Shown here one piece after another: positions 43,049-54,374 of a stretch of 64,000 bases of DNA. Made by a program: the position numbers and the translations under genes. This stretch comes from an uncultured Chloroflexia bacterium (GTDB lineage: Bacteria > Chloroflexota > Limnocylindria > Limnocylindrales > CSP1-4). Position 1 is the first letter of the stretch. Each line of letters opens with the position of its first letter. Where the stretch lies: positions 46,745-110,744 of the forward strand of contig CAWDAI010000014.1 in the NCBI GenBank assembly GCA_963800275.1, in the 5' to 3' direction. The notes under the pieces are model-generated. The model saw only the letters and a program-made list of their open reading frames with translations, was not told the DNA's origin and did no database searches.

Positions 43049-43888
43049 AACGACATCCGCCCCTGGAGCGCGAGTTCGAGGTCCCCGACGGCCGACTGCA
43101 CACGGTCGACTACCTCGCCGCCATCGGCGTGGACGCGCTGGAGCCGGCCAGCTGCCCCTTCGATCCCGGCTACGACCCTGCCACTTTCGAAGGCCACCTC
43201 ATCCAGAGCAGCCACCTGATGGAGACGATGAAGATCTCCATGGCCTGCTGGCAGATCGCCGACGAGGCGGCCATGCGCTGGAAGGTGGCGGCCTGTGACC
43301 ACTACGGCGTAGCCACCACGACCGGGGGCGGGCCCTTCGAGGTGGCCGTGCAGCAGGGCCGGCTGGACATGTACCTGGACCTGGTGGCCGACATGGGTAT
43401 CGGCGGGATCGAGGCCGGTGAGGGGTTCACCGAGATGCGGCTGGCGCCGCACCGCGTGGTGGCACGGCAAAGGCCGTGGCCTCAGCGTGCAGGTCGAGCT
43501 GGGCAAGAAGCACGAGGGCACCTTCACCTCAGACGTCACGGGCGCGCTCATCACGCAGGGCCAGGAGTGGTTGGCTGCCGGCGCCGAGCGCGTGGTCATC
43601 GAGGCCCGCGAGAGCGCTCGCGGCATCGGTTGCTTCGACGAGGACGGCCGGTTCCGGGCGGACACGGCCGATCGGTTCGCCGAGGTCCTGGGCCTGGAGA
43701 CCTGTCTGTTCGAGGCGCCCACCAAGCCCAGCCAGTTCGCGCTGCTCGACCACTTCGGTCCCGCCGTCCACCTCTGCAACATCCGGCTCGAGGAGCTGTT
43801 GCGGGTGGAGATCTACCGCCGCGGGCTGCACTCCGACGCCTTCCAGCAGCCGGCCCTGCGCCCGCCGCCCATGACCCCGGAGTCATGA
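43045..43888 (+). pseudogene. comA: (2R)-phospho-3-sulfolactate synthase (ComA/PSL synthase family), frame-disrupted near 43460
   Basis: The N-terminal two-thirds (frame 1) matches the ComA pattern ...GGGPFEVAVQQGRLDMYLDLVADMGIGGIEAGEGF. The C-terminal third lies in frame 2 (...VQVELGKK...ITQGQEWLAAGAERVVIEARESARGIGCFDEDG...FEAPTK...FGPAVHLCNI...RRGL). GTGA overlap with the upstream gene and ATGA overlap with comB. Confidence 0.6.
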
Positions 43889-44650
43889 GCACGATGGAGC
43901 GCTCGGTCGTGATCGACTGCTTTCCGGCCAGCGCTCAGCGCTACACCGCCGACCACGTCGTCGTGGCGGTCGACGTCATCCGGGCCACCACCATGGCCGT
44001 GACGGCGCTGGCTCTGGGACGACGATGTCTGCTGGCCACCGACGTGGATGCTGCCTTCGCTCTCCGCGCACGTCTTGGAGGCGCCACACTCGCGGGCGAG
44101 CTGCACGGCAACATGCCCGACGGCTTCGACCTCAACAATAGCCCGGCCGCTCTCGAAGATCGTCGCGAAGATAGCGGGATCTGATCATGCTTTCCACGTC
44201 CGGGAGCACGCTCATGCTGGCAGCCGGCACCGGCTCGAGCCGGCGCGTTCGCAGCCTGCTTCCGCAATCACACGGCCACGGCCAGGGCCCTGGCCGGACA
44301 CGACGGGCCCATCGCCATCATCGGTGCCGGCAGTCGCAGCGAGTTTCGCGAGGAGGATCAGATGTGCTGCGCCTGGATCGCGGCGGAGTTGCTGGCGCAC
44401 GGCTACTCGGCCGCCGACGCGCGCACGCTCGAGATCGTGGAGCGTTGGCGGGCAGCCCCAGCGGAGGCCTGTGATGTCGGTAACAGCGTCGCCTACCTGC
44501 GACGGAGCGGGCAGCTCGCCGACCGCGACTTCATCGTTTCACACGTCAACGACTTGGAGATGGTCTGTGCGATCGAGGGCAATGAAGTCCGCCCCGCGGG
44601 TCCGCTGCCGGTGGGCGTCCGTGCTGATGCGCGGCGCCGTCGGGCGCCGC
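43885..44650 (+). pseudogene. comB: 2-phosphosulfolactate phosphatase (ComB family) with two frame breaks about 50 nt apart (about 44183 and 44235); 3' end uncertain
   Basis: Frame 1 gives MSTMERSVVIDCFPASAQRYTADHVVVAVDVIRATTMAVTALALG...GFDLNNSPAALEDRREDSGI and then stops. Frame 3 gives IMLSTSGSTLMLAAGTG. Frame 1 resumes with ...FAACFRNHTATARALAGHDGPIAIIGAGSRSEFREEDQMCCAWIAAEL.... All of this follows the ComB pattern. Confidence 0.55.
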
Positions 44651-44727
44651 TGAGCCAGGTCGCCAACGCTCCGCTCGCCCTAAAGCCCGATCAACCGGGG
44701 GGTTCTCACGTCGCCCCCAGGCAAGGC

Positions 44728-44844
44728 CCTTGTCAAGCCCGTCGCCTGCGCTCCGGCAATGTGAAGAAGGCGACACCTCCCTTGTCAACCCCCTTGTCAA
44801 CCCCCTACACTACGGCTCTAGCGCCTTGTCAAGACTTGACAAGG
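44728..44844 (+). promoter_or_regulatory. cluster of four CCTTGTCAA motifs including a perfect palindrome CCTTGTCAAG-a-CTTGACAAGG (44824-44844), upstream of dnaG
   Basis: Direct copies at about 44728, 44780, 44792 and 44824, plus an inverted copy. The motif contains a TTGACA (-35-like) hexamer. It lies about 125 nt upstream of the dnaG TTG start. Confidence 0.45.
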
Positions 44845-44968
44845 CCACACGTGTGTCCGTCATCAGCGCCGACGCACGCGAGCTCGGGACATGGCGGCCG
44901 GCCGTTCGAGGACCGCACCCGGAGCTCGGGGGCGCAGCGGACACCAGGCAGCAAGAGGCACTTCGCGT

Positions 44969-46916
44969 TTGTCAGTCGGCGTCGCCGCATCGGTCAAGGA
45001 GAAACTGGACATCGTCGAGTTCGTCGGCGAGACCGTCCAGCTCAAGAAGGCCGGGACCATCTTCAAGGGGCTCTGCCCGTTCCACGGGGAGAAGACGCCC
45101 TCGTTCACGGTCACGCCTGCGCGTGAGCGCTGGCACTGCTTCGGTTGTGGGCGCGGCGGGGACCTCTTCAACTTCGTCATGGAGCGCGACGGGGTGGACT
45201 TCCCGACCGCTCTGCGCACGCTGGCGGGCCGGGCCGGCGTGGAGCTCAACGAGCGCACCACGCGCGAGGACGCCCAGCGCAAGCGCATCCGCGACGCGCT
45301 CGACGGTGCCATCGCCTTCTACCACACGGTGCTCACGCAGCACGCCACGGGCAAGGCCGCGCTCGAGTACCTGCACGGCCGCGGCTTCAGCGACGAGACC
45401 ATCGAGACCTTCCGGCTGGGCTGGGCGCCGGACGCCTGGGATGCCATGAACACCGCCGTCCGTCGCCACCGCCCGGGCGTCAGCGAGGCGGACCTGGAGG
45501 CCGCCGGTCTGGTCAGCCGGCGCCGCTCGGGCCGGGGCGTGTACGACCGCTTCCGCGCCCGAGTCATCTTCCCCATCCGCGACGCCTCCGGTGGGGCCAC
45601 CGGCATGACCGGCCGCATCCTCGGCGCCCAGGGCCCCGACAGCGGTCCCAAGTACCTCAACACGCCCCAGACGCCGCTCTTCGACAAGGGCCGCACGCTC
45701 TATCTCATCGACCGCGCCAAGTCGGCCATGCGCAAGTCCGGCGTGGCCGTGCTCGTGGAGGGCAACACCGACGCGCTCATGGCCCACCAGGCCGGCTTCG
45801 AGAACGTGGTCTGTTCCATGGGCACCGCGCTGACCGCGGGCCAGGTCGAGCTGCTCACCCGCTACGCCCCGCGCATCGCGCTGGCCTACGACGTGGACGC
45901 GGCAGGACAGGGGGCAGCGGCCTTCGGCGCGACCGAGCTGACCGCGCTGGTGGGCGAGATCGAGCGCTCGCCCTATCGCGGCCGCCTGACCGACGTGGAC
46001 GTGGTGCGCCTGCCCGACGGGCGCGACCCCGACGAGATCATCCGCGACGACCCCGACACCTGGCGCGAGGCCACCGAGCAGCCCCAGCCGATCATGGAGT
46101 TCCTCATCGACCGCGCCGCCTCGCGCCACGACCCCTCCACCGTCCCGGGTCGCGAGAAGCTGGTGGCGGAGGTGCTGCCCACGCTGCGCACCATCGGCGA
46201 CCCGGTCCGCCGTGACGGCTACCTGCAGCTGCTGGCCCGCCGCTCGGGCGTGGAGGAGCGGACCTTGCTGGAAGCGCTGCGGCGCCGCGACGAGCCACTC
46301 CCCGGTGGCGCCCGGGAGGGGGCGCAGGTGGGTGCGCGCATCAACCTCGAAGCCGTCATGGCCCAGCCCGACGCCCTCGACCCGCGCGCCGTGGAACGAG
46401 CCATCGAGCCCGCGGAGGCGACCCTGCTGCGGGTGCTCATGCGCTATCCCAGCTACTACGCCAAGACGGCCGAGTCGCTGTCGGTCGATCCCTTCGTGAC
46501 CACACCCGCGCGCGAGCTGTGGAAAGCGCTCGGGAGTGCGCTCACCCAGCAGGGCACGGACCACTTCGAGCTCAAAGCCTTCATCGAGGCCCAGGAGCCG
46601 ACCACCCGCACGGTGGCCCAGACGCTGATGGCCCGGACCTCCCCGCTGCCCGATGACGAGGGTGCCATCCACCAGGCCATCGACCAGAGCCTGCTGACCC
46701 TCGAGCGAGCCCGACTGGCCGAGCAGATCGAATACACCCGCGCCCGCCTCGCCGACGCCGAGGCTGCGCATGACCAGGCCGAGCTGACACGGCTCCAGGG
46801 CGAGGTCCTGGAGCTGCAGCGGCGGCGCTTGGAGCTCGACCGAGCCGTGAACGACACGTCACTGCTCGCCCGACGACGAATCCAACCCAAGCAAGCGAAG
46901 CAAGTGGAGGTAGCAC

Positions 46917-46927
<11 letters not shown>
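44969..46927 (+). CDS. dnaG: DNA primase
   Basis: Zinc-ribbon [36 protein letters not shown] domain ([24 protein letters not shown]) and a C-terminal helicase-interaction region. Likely TTG start at 44969 after AAGAGG; the tracked ATG at 44891 adds low-complexity sequence. Confidence 0.85.
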
Positions 46928-48782
<1,855 letters not shown>

Positions 48783-49014
48783 CGGCTGGCGGCGGCCGCC
48801 GGAGGGTGGTCGCCAGCGCGATCTTCGAGAGGCCGGCTCCCATGTAGGGGGCCGGCTTCGCTGTTGGGGGCGTTGCGGGTGGGTACCGGGGCGCGCTCGG
48901 GAGCGTGGGCGCGCGCCGAGGACCGGGGGCGCGCTTCAGGCGCTGCCCGCTGTCTCGTGGCGGCAGATCGCTCCGCCCAGGGGCGCCGAGCGGTGCCGCC
49001 TGGAACGTTCCGCC

Positions 49015-49443
49015 GCTGATGGCTGCCGCCCTGAAACCTGCGGGGGCTCAACTCGACGTCCCGGTCTGCGTACTCGCAGGCACCAGCCCTCCGGCGGCTC
49101 AAGGCGGCAGATCCAGCCCTCCGATGGCGCAAATCCGCGGATCGGGTTGCAGTCGCGTTGTGATGAGCCCTCGGACGACTCATCGGTGGCCGTGCGGGCG
49201 CCAGTGTGCCGCCGCCCGAGTCCGTGTCCCGCGGCTGGGGACCACGGCGGGCTTCAGGCGCTGCTGCCCGCCGGCTCGTTGCCGCTGATGGCGGCCGCCC
49301 TGAAACCTGCGGGGGCTCAACTCGACGTCCCGGTCTGCGTACTCGCAGGCACCAGCCCTCCGGCGGCTCAAGGCGGCAGATCCAGCCCTCCGATGGCGCA
49401 AATCCGCGGATCGGGTTGCAGCCGCGTTGTGATGAGCCCTCGG
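49015..49443. repeat. ~160-bp direct repeat, two copies (49015-49174 and 49283-49443, about 97% identical)
   Basis: gctgatggcKgccgccctgaaacctgcgggggctcaactcgacgtcccggtctgcgtactcgcaggcaccagccctccggcggctcaaggcggcagatccagccctccgatggcgcaaatccgcggatcgggttgcag occurs twice in the rpoD 3' intergenic region. Confidence 0.75.
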
Positions 49444-49580
49444 GTGACTCACCCCGGTCAGCCGGGTCCTGATGAGCCCTCGGGTGACTCACCCCGGAAA
49501 CAGCCGGGTGGTGACGAGCCCTCGGGTGACTCACCCCGGACAGCCGGGTGGTGACGAGCCCTCGGGTGACTCATGGGCGG
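49421..49580. repeat. 41-42-bp tandem repeat, about 4 copies (gtgaYgagccctcgggtgactcaccccggNNcagccgggtg)
   Basis: Copies can be read directly. It abuts the second copy of the 160-bp repeat. Confidence 0.7.
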
Positions 49581-49685
49581 GCGTGTGGTTGCGAGTGCGC
49601 CCGGACGACAGCCCAGTCGCCAGCGCGCCAGACGACGCGCACGACCGGGCGTTCGGGTCCGGGATGGTCAGGGCTGCCAGATCCG

Positions 49686-50339
49686 TCAGAGCAGGACGAT
49701 GGCGTTCCCGCCCGGGTCGGCCGGCAGTGCCAGGGCACGCAGTGCCGTTCGGCCGTCGACCGGGAAGGCGGCCCGGAAACCAGTCCCTGCGGCTGCGAGG
49801 AAGCTCCGGTTGTGCCGCGTGTCAGCCAGCAGGAGGATCACGTGATCGACCATGCCGTCCCGCTGCTTCAACGCCAGGCGGCGCTGTAGCTCCTGCGCGT
49901 CGCGGGCTCGTGTCTCGGCCTCCACCCCGATCCGAACCGCTGCGATGCGGATGAGGGCATCCCAGGCCCTGCGGTCGCCGGCGTTCGGGAAGGCCACCTC
50001 CGTGGACCAGGAGGCACCGCTGCCCAGTCGCGCGTGGAGCCGCTCGAGCAGGCGGACGTGCGCCTGGTCACGCAGCGGCGCACCGGCCGGGTACGCGCGG
50101 AGGTGCAGGTCCAGCCCGACGACCGCACATGCCCGAGCCAGCAGGGGCAGTGGCACGGCGTGCGCTTCGGCGCGCTCGAGGCGACCCCAGTGCGTCTGCG
50201 ACAGGCCCGCGCCCGCCGCGGCAGTGCGCTGGCTCAGGTCGTGGTTGAGTCGAGCCAGGCGGATCTCACGCCCGAGGTCCGCGAGTGCGTGCGCCGCGGC
50301 TCGGTCGGCTCGGTCGGTGCGCTTCTCGTGACCAGCCAT
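49686..50339 (-). CDS. XRE-family HTH transcriptional regulator with a C-terminal domain of unknown function
   Basis: N-terminal HTH (EIRLARLNHDLSQRTAAAGAGLSQTHWGRLERAE). Divergent from the deaminase gene. Confidence 0.65.
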   Translation of the reverse strand: MAGHEKRTDRADRAAAHALADLGREIRLARLNHDLSQRTAAAGAGLSQTHWGRLERAEAHAVPLPLLARACAVVGLDLHLRAYPAGAPLRDQAHVRLLERLHARLGSGASWSTEVAFPNAGDRRAWDALIRIAAVRIGVEAETRARDAQELQRRLALKQRDGMVDHVILLLADTRHNRSFLAAAGTGFRAAFPVDGRTALRALALPADPGGNAIVLL

Positions 50340-50388
50340 GCAGCGGATGGTGGCGCCGGCTCATTCACTGCCGCTTATCCTTCGCTGC

Positions 50389-51033
50389 ATGACGCCTGTC
50401 CGCTACCCGACCGACGATGACCTGGCCCGCTTCACCTCGGACCGAAACGCGTTCATCGGCCGTCTGCTCGACGTCATCGAGCACGAGATCGTGCCACGCA
50501 CCCGCGCGGGCGTGGAGAACGGTGACAAGATCTTCGGCGGTGCCGTGCTACGCAAGTCGGACCTCGCGACCGTCGTGGCCGTGACCAACCACGAGAGCGC
50601 CAACCCGCTCAACCACGGCGAGATCGCGACCATCAATGCCTTCTACGCCATCCCGCGGGACCAGCGGCCGGCCGCCGCGGACACCATCTTCCTCAGCACC
50701 CACGAACCCTGTCCGCTTTGCCTCGGTGGCCTGACCTGGGGTGGCTGGGACAACTTCTTCTACCTCTTCAGCTACGAGGACACCACCGACGCCTTCGCCA
50801 TCCCTCATGACGTGCGCATCAACGAGGAGATCTGGCGCGTGCCCGACGGCGAGTACGAGCACAAGAACCGCTACTGGTGCGCCTGGCACATCCCCGAGCT
50901 GATCGCCGGCTGCGAGCCCGAAGTCCGCGCTGGGCTGGCAGCTCGCCGTGCCGCCCTCGTGACCACCTACGACGAACTCTCGGCCACGTATCAGCGCTCG
51001 AAGGGCACGGGTGCGGAGATCCCGCTGCCGTAG
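50389..51033 (+). CDS. CDA-fold nucleoside/nucleotide deaminase family protein (zinc-binding H-x-E ... PCxxC)
   Basis: NHGEIATINAF (H-x-E) and HEPCPLCLGG (PC..C) are spaced as in cytidine/dCMP/tRNA-adenosine deaminases. The start at 50389 is MTPVRYP. Confidence 0.6.
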   Translation: MTPVRYPTDDDLARFTSDRNAFIGRLLDVIEHEIVPRTRAGVENGDKIFGGAVLRKSDLATVVAVTNHESANPLNHGEIATINAFYAIPRDQRPAAADTIFLSTHEPCPLCLGGLTWGGWDNFFYLFSYEDTTDAFAIPHDVRINEEIWRVPDGEYEHKNRYWCAWHIPELIAGCEPEVRAGLAARRAALVTTYDELSATYQRSKGTGAEIPLP

Positions 51034-51078
51034 TTCGCTGCTCGTCTCCACTCGTGGAAGCTATGCGACACTGCGCCG

Positions 51079-51489
51079 ATGTGGAAACGGGTCGATGGCT
51101 TGCGCACGCTCGAGCTCGGCACTCCGGGGCCTTCCCGCGACGAGCTGAACCGCCTGGTGCTGGAGGGCACGAAGTTCGCCACCGCCGGCCTGTGGCGGAC
51201 GGACTACGAAGCTGAGGGCGAGCCGCTCGAGGACATCGGCGAGCGCTTGGTGATGCTCGACAGCGACGGCGAGCCGGTCGCCATGCTGGAGGTCACGCGC
51301 GCGGAGGTCCACGCCTTCCTCGAGGTGCCGTGGGAGCTCGCACGCGACGAAGGGGAGGGCTTCACCTCCATCGATGATTTCCGAGACGGCTATCGGAAGG
51401 AATACCGGTCGGCAGGTGTGACGCTCGCCGATGACGACCCGATGGCCTGCGTTTGGTTCCGACTCCTGGGCCCATACCCGGCGCCATAG
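51079..51489 (+). CDS. ASCH domain protein (PUA-like fold)
   Basis: ASCH signature LEGTKFATAG (GxKxxT). 136 aa. Confidence 0.65.
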   Translation: MWKRVDGLRTLELGTPGPSRDELNRLVLEGTKFATAGLWRTDYEAEGEPLEDIGERLVMLDSDGEPVAMLEVTRAEVHAFLEVPWELARDEGEGFTSIDDFRDGYRKEYRSAGVTLADDDPMACVWFRLLGPYPAP

Positions 51490-51634
51490 GCAGGCGCGAG
51501 AAGAGGCCGGCCCCGCGTCGGACGAGCCACCTTGGAAGTCAGTGCCTGCGGTAGCTGACGCAGCCCCGCGGGTCCGGCGGCACTTGACCCGCGGACCGTA
51601 GCGATGAACATGGAAGGGCACACGGGAGTCTGCC

Positions 51635-52033
51635 TTGAACTTGGTGGTGCTTCAGGCGCTGGCGGCGGCTGGTCTGCTGGGCGTCAGCACGTGGTGGTAC
51701 CGGCGCAGTCGCGCCGAGGCATCGGCCAACGCCGGCTGCGGCTTGTGGCTGGCGTGGATCGTCTTCGGCATCGTCTCGGTGATCGCCCTCGTCCTGATCA
51801 CGCCACGTGGCGACGGTGATCTCAACGCGTTGCTCCTCGGGATCGTGGTGGCCTGGGTCTTCTGTGGCGCCGGGATCGTGCTCGGCCTGCGCCTGCTCAC
51901 GCGAGCGTCACCCGACTTTGCCCAGGAGCTCGTCGGTCTGACCATGCTGCTGGCCATCGGGCTCGCGATGCTGACGTTCATGGCCCTGCTCGCCGAAGCG
52001 CTGGGCCATTCTGACGTCAGCCGGCCGGAGTAG
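51635..52033 (+). CDS. hypothetical small membrane protein (4 TM helices)
   Basis: Hydrophobic profile; TTG start; no family recognised. Confidence 0.4.
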   Translation: MNLVVLQALAAAGLLGVSTWWYRRSRAEASANAGCGLWLAWIVFGIVSVIALVLITPRGDGDLNALLLGIVVAWVFCGAGIVLGLRLLTRASPDFAQELVGLTMLLAIGLAMLTFMALLAEALGHSDVSRPE

Positions 52034-52055
52034 GCTCCAGCGCAAGCTCGAGCCG

Positions 52056-52398
52056 ATGTTCATGACGCGGCTGCCCTACCAGCCCTACATCCGCATCCGC
52101 GGCCGAACGACGGGGCAGCTGCGATCGGTCCCGGTCCGTCCTCTGAGGTCGGTGACGCGTGGAACCTCGTCTCGCTGCCGGGGAACAGCAACTGGGCACG
52201 GAACCTGCGCGCCAGCGGCAGCCCGGACCTCGGCGAGAAGGGCGAGGTGCGCTCGATCACCGTGACCGAGGTCTTCGGGGACGAGCAGGCGCCGCGGTGG
52301 CCGAGTACCTCGCCTCGAGCACCTACCGGCCCACCATCAAGTTGTTGAGCGGGCGCTTGCCGAACCCGGCGGATCACCCTGTCTTCCGCATCGACTGA
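52056..52398 (+). pseudogene. small conserved-family ORF (MFMTRLPYQP... ...ADHPVFRID) broken by two -1 frame breaks
   Basis: The three frame segments read in order as MFMTRLPYQPYIRIRGRTTGQLRSVPV / SLPGNSNWARNLRASGSPDLGEKGEVRSITVTEVFGDEQAP / AVAEYLASSTYRPTIKLLSGRLPNPADHPVFRID. The pattern is recognisable as one small family protein (about 110 aa), but the family is not identified. Confidence 0.35.
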
Positions 52399-52501
52399 CG
52401 GTGCGTCTTCGGGGGCGGCGCGGTGCTGCGCACTTCGTCCTGACCAGTCGCCCGGCGAGGCGCCAGGGCCTTGGGATCGGCGCGATCGTCCCGAACGGTG
52501 A

Positions 52502-53086
52502 CTAGCGGTCCGCCGTGGTCGCGTAGATATCGGCTTCGGGGCGCTCTCGGTCCTCTTCGTCCGCGCTGAACATCTCCACTTCCTTCCAGCCGAAGAGCGG
52601 CCGCACGAGGGCCCCGGGCAAGGTGGTGATGCTCACGTTGTATTGGTAGACCTGGTTGTTGAACAGCTCGCGCCTTCGGGCGATGAGCGTCTCCAGCCGC
52701 TCGATCTCCTCCTGCAGGGCCATGACGTTCTCGTGCGACTTGAGCTCCGGGTAGTTCTCGACGGTGGCGAACAGGGACCGTACGGCCGATGAGGTCTGCT
52801 CGGAGACGACGGCCTGGTCGTGGATCGGCGCCTCTGGTTCGTAGGCCGCTCGAGCCCGCGTGACATCCTCGAGCACCTGCGCCTCGAAGGCCATCACCCC
52901 GCGCACGGCGGAGACCAGGTTGGGCAGCTGGTCGTGGCGCTGCTTGAGCACCACGTCGATGTTGGCCCAGGCCCGCTGGCAACGTCGCTGCAGCGAGACC
53001 ACGTTGTTGTACGTGACCACCACCAGGAACACCAGCAGGATCAGCGCCAGCGCGACACCGATCCCGACCGCGAGCTGCAGACCCAT
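52502..53086 (-). CDS. LemA family protein
   Basis: N-terminal TM helix plus the LemA core (TYNNVVSLQRRCQRAWANIDVVLKQRHDQLPNLV...VENYPELKSHENVMALQEEIERLE). Confidence 0.85.
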   Translation of the reverse strand: MGLQLAVGIGVALALILLVFLVVVTYNNVVSLQRRCQRAWANIDVVLKQRHDQLPNLVSAVRGVMAFEAQVLEDVTRARAAYEPEAPIHDQAVVSEQTSSAVRSLFATVENYPELKSHENVMALQEEIERLETLIARRRELFNNQVYQYNVSITTLPGALVRPLFGWKEVEMFSADEEDRERPEADIYATTADR

Positions 53087-53088
53087 CG

Positions 53089-54228
53089 CTACAGACTACC
53101 GGTCAGCATGCCGCCGAGGGCGAAGGCGCAGAGCACCGTCATCACCGCCCCGAGGAGGCCGACCATGAAGGCGGAGTCGTGATGGCTCGTGGCCTCGGCC
53201 GGGGTGCCCGCGTAGATGGCCATCCCGCCGCGGAGGCCGCGCGAGAGCACGAGCTCCTCGTCGGGGATGTCGTACCTGGCCAGGGCAGCCTCGTGGACAG
53301 CCGGGTCAGCCGGCACCTCCGGGCGTGTGGCCTCGGGGTCGAGCGTCGGTTCGACGGTCGGCAGGCCGATGCCGAAGCCGGGGATGGCGGCATTGCCCCA
53401 GGCCTCCTCCGGGCTCGCGGCGAGCATGCCCATCTCGCGGGCGATGGCGAGGTCGCCGGCGATGTCGCGGTCGATGTTGGAGCCGGTGGCCGAGGCCTGC
53501 ACGACCTCCCGCACGTCGCCCCAGGGCCAGGCCTGTCCGAGCACCGTGATCGTCTGTCCCGGCTCCAGGCGGGCTTCCCGATACCGTCGTCCTTCGGGCC
53601 CCTTTCGGCCGAAGAAGCTGCCGCCACCCTGGTCCCAGTCATCGGTGGTGAGCGGATCGGCCGGCTGGCGCAGGGTGAGCAGGGCCTGGGCCGCCGTGTC
53701 GCGCTCGAGGTCGGTCATCGTCTCGGGGTCGCGCTCGACCCAGCCGTGGTATGCGGTGCCCGAGCGACGATGCAGCCCTGGCGGCTCGTCGCCGGTGATG
53801 CTGGTGCGCTCATCGAAGACGGCGCCGATCTCCCAGCGCGCGCCTCGGGGCACGACGCGGATCGAGCCGGTCTCGCCCTTGAGCCGGAACTCCTGGGCCT
53901 TCTCCTCGTTCAGCAGCACGCGGCTGTTGTCGCCGGTGGTCTCGACCTTGGCGCGGTACCACACGCAGGGACGGGACTGGAGCGGGGAGATGAGCGTCTG
54001 GTCGATGGGCTCGACGACGCCGGTCACGCGCACCTCGCCTGCGGCCAGGCTGTCGAGGGTCGATGTCGCGACCGAGGAGATCTGGCGGTCTCGCCGATAG
54101 GCCTGCAGGCCACGCACGAACAGCACGATGCCACCGACGAGGCCGGCAGCGACGAACAGCATCCAGGGGCCGAACTCGTCGAACGCGCTCACGGGCTCGA
54201 TGCTAGCGGCGCGTCCGCGCACCGGCAC
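53089..54228 (-). CDS. membrane protein partner of LemA (GIDE-like domain; N- and C-terminal TM anchors)
   Basis: TM helices at both ends. The middle beta-rich region (PLQSRPCVWYRAKVE...) resembles GIDE-domain proteins, which are often encoded next to lemA. Ends 2 nt before the lemA start. Confidence 0.5.
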   Translation of the reverse strand: MPVRGRAASIEPVSAFDEFGPWMLFVAAGLVGGIVLFVRGLQAYRRDRQISSVATSTLDSLAAGEVRVTGVVEPIDQTLISPLQSRPCVWYRAKVETTGDNSRVLLNEEKAQEFRLKGETGSIRVVPRGARWEIGAVFDERTSITGDEPPGLHRRSGTAYHGWVERDPETMTDLERDTAAQALLTLRQPADPLTTDDWDQGGGSFFGRKGPEGRRYREARLEPGQTITVLGQAWPWGDVREVVQASATGSNIDRDIAGDLAIAREMGMLAASPEEAWGNAAIPGFGIGLPTVEPTLDPEATRPEVPADPAVHEAALARYDIPDEELVLSRGLRGGMAIYAGTPAEATSHHDSAFMVGLLGAVMTVLCAFALGGMLTGSL

Positions 54229-54374
54229 AGTGACGCGGAAGTACTCCCGACCACGAAGCGGCAGGGCGCCGCGGAGAGGGCAGGCGAGGAGATGCTATCC
54301 TTCGGTCGCACCGCGATTTGTGGTGTTTCGCGTCGTCGCGTCCGGGGCCATTCCCACGCACGAGCGCTGCGCGT

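Noticed and set aside
44187-44474. ORF 44187..44474(+) and ORF 44048..44653(+) as independent genes
   Set aside because: The first 17 codons of 44187 (MLSTSGSTLMLAAGTG) are the frame-shifted middle of comB; the remainder is junk. 44048..44653 is an alternative frame of comB with Arg/Pro-rich translation.
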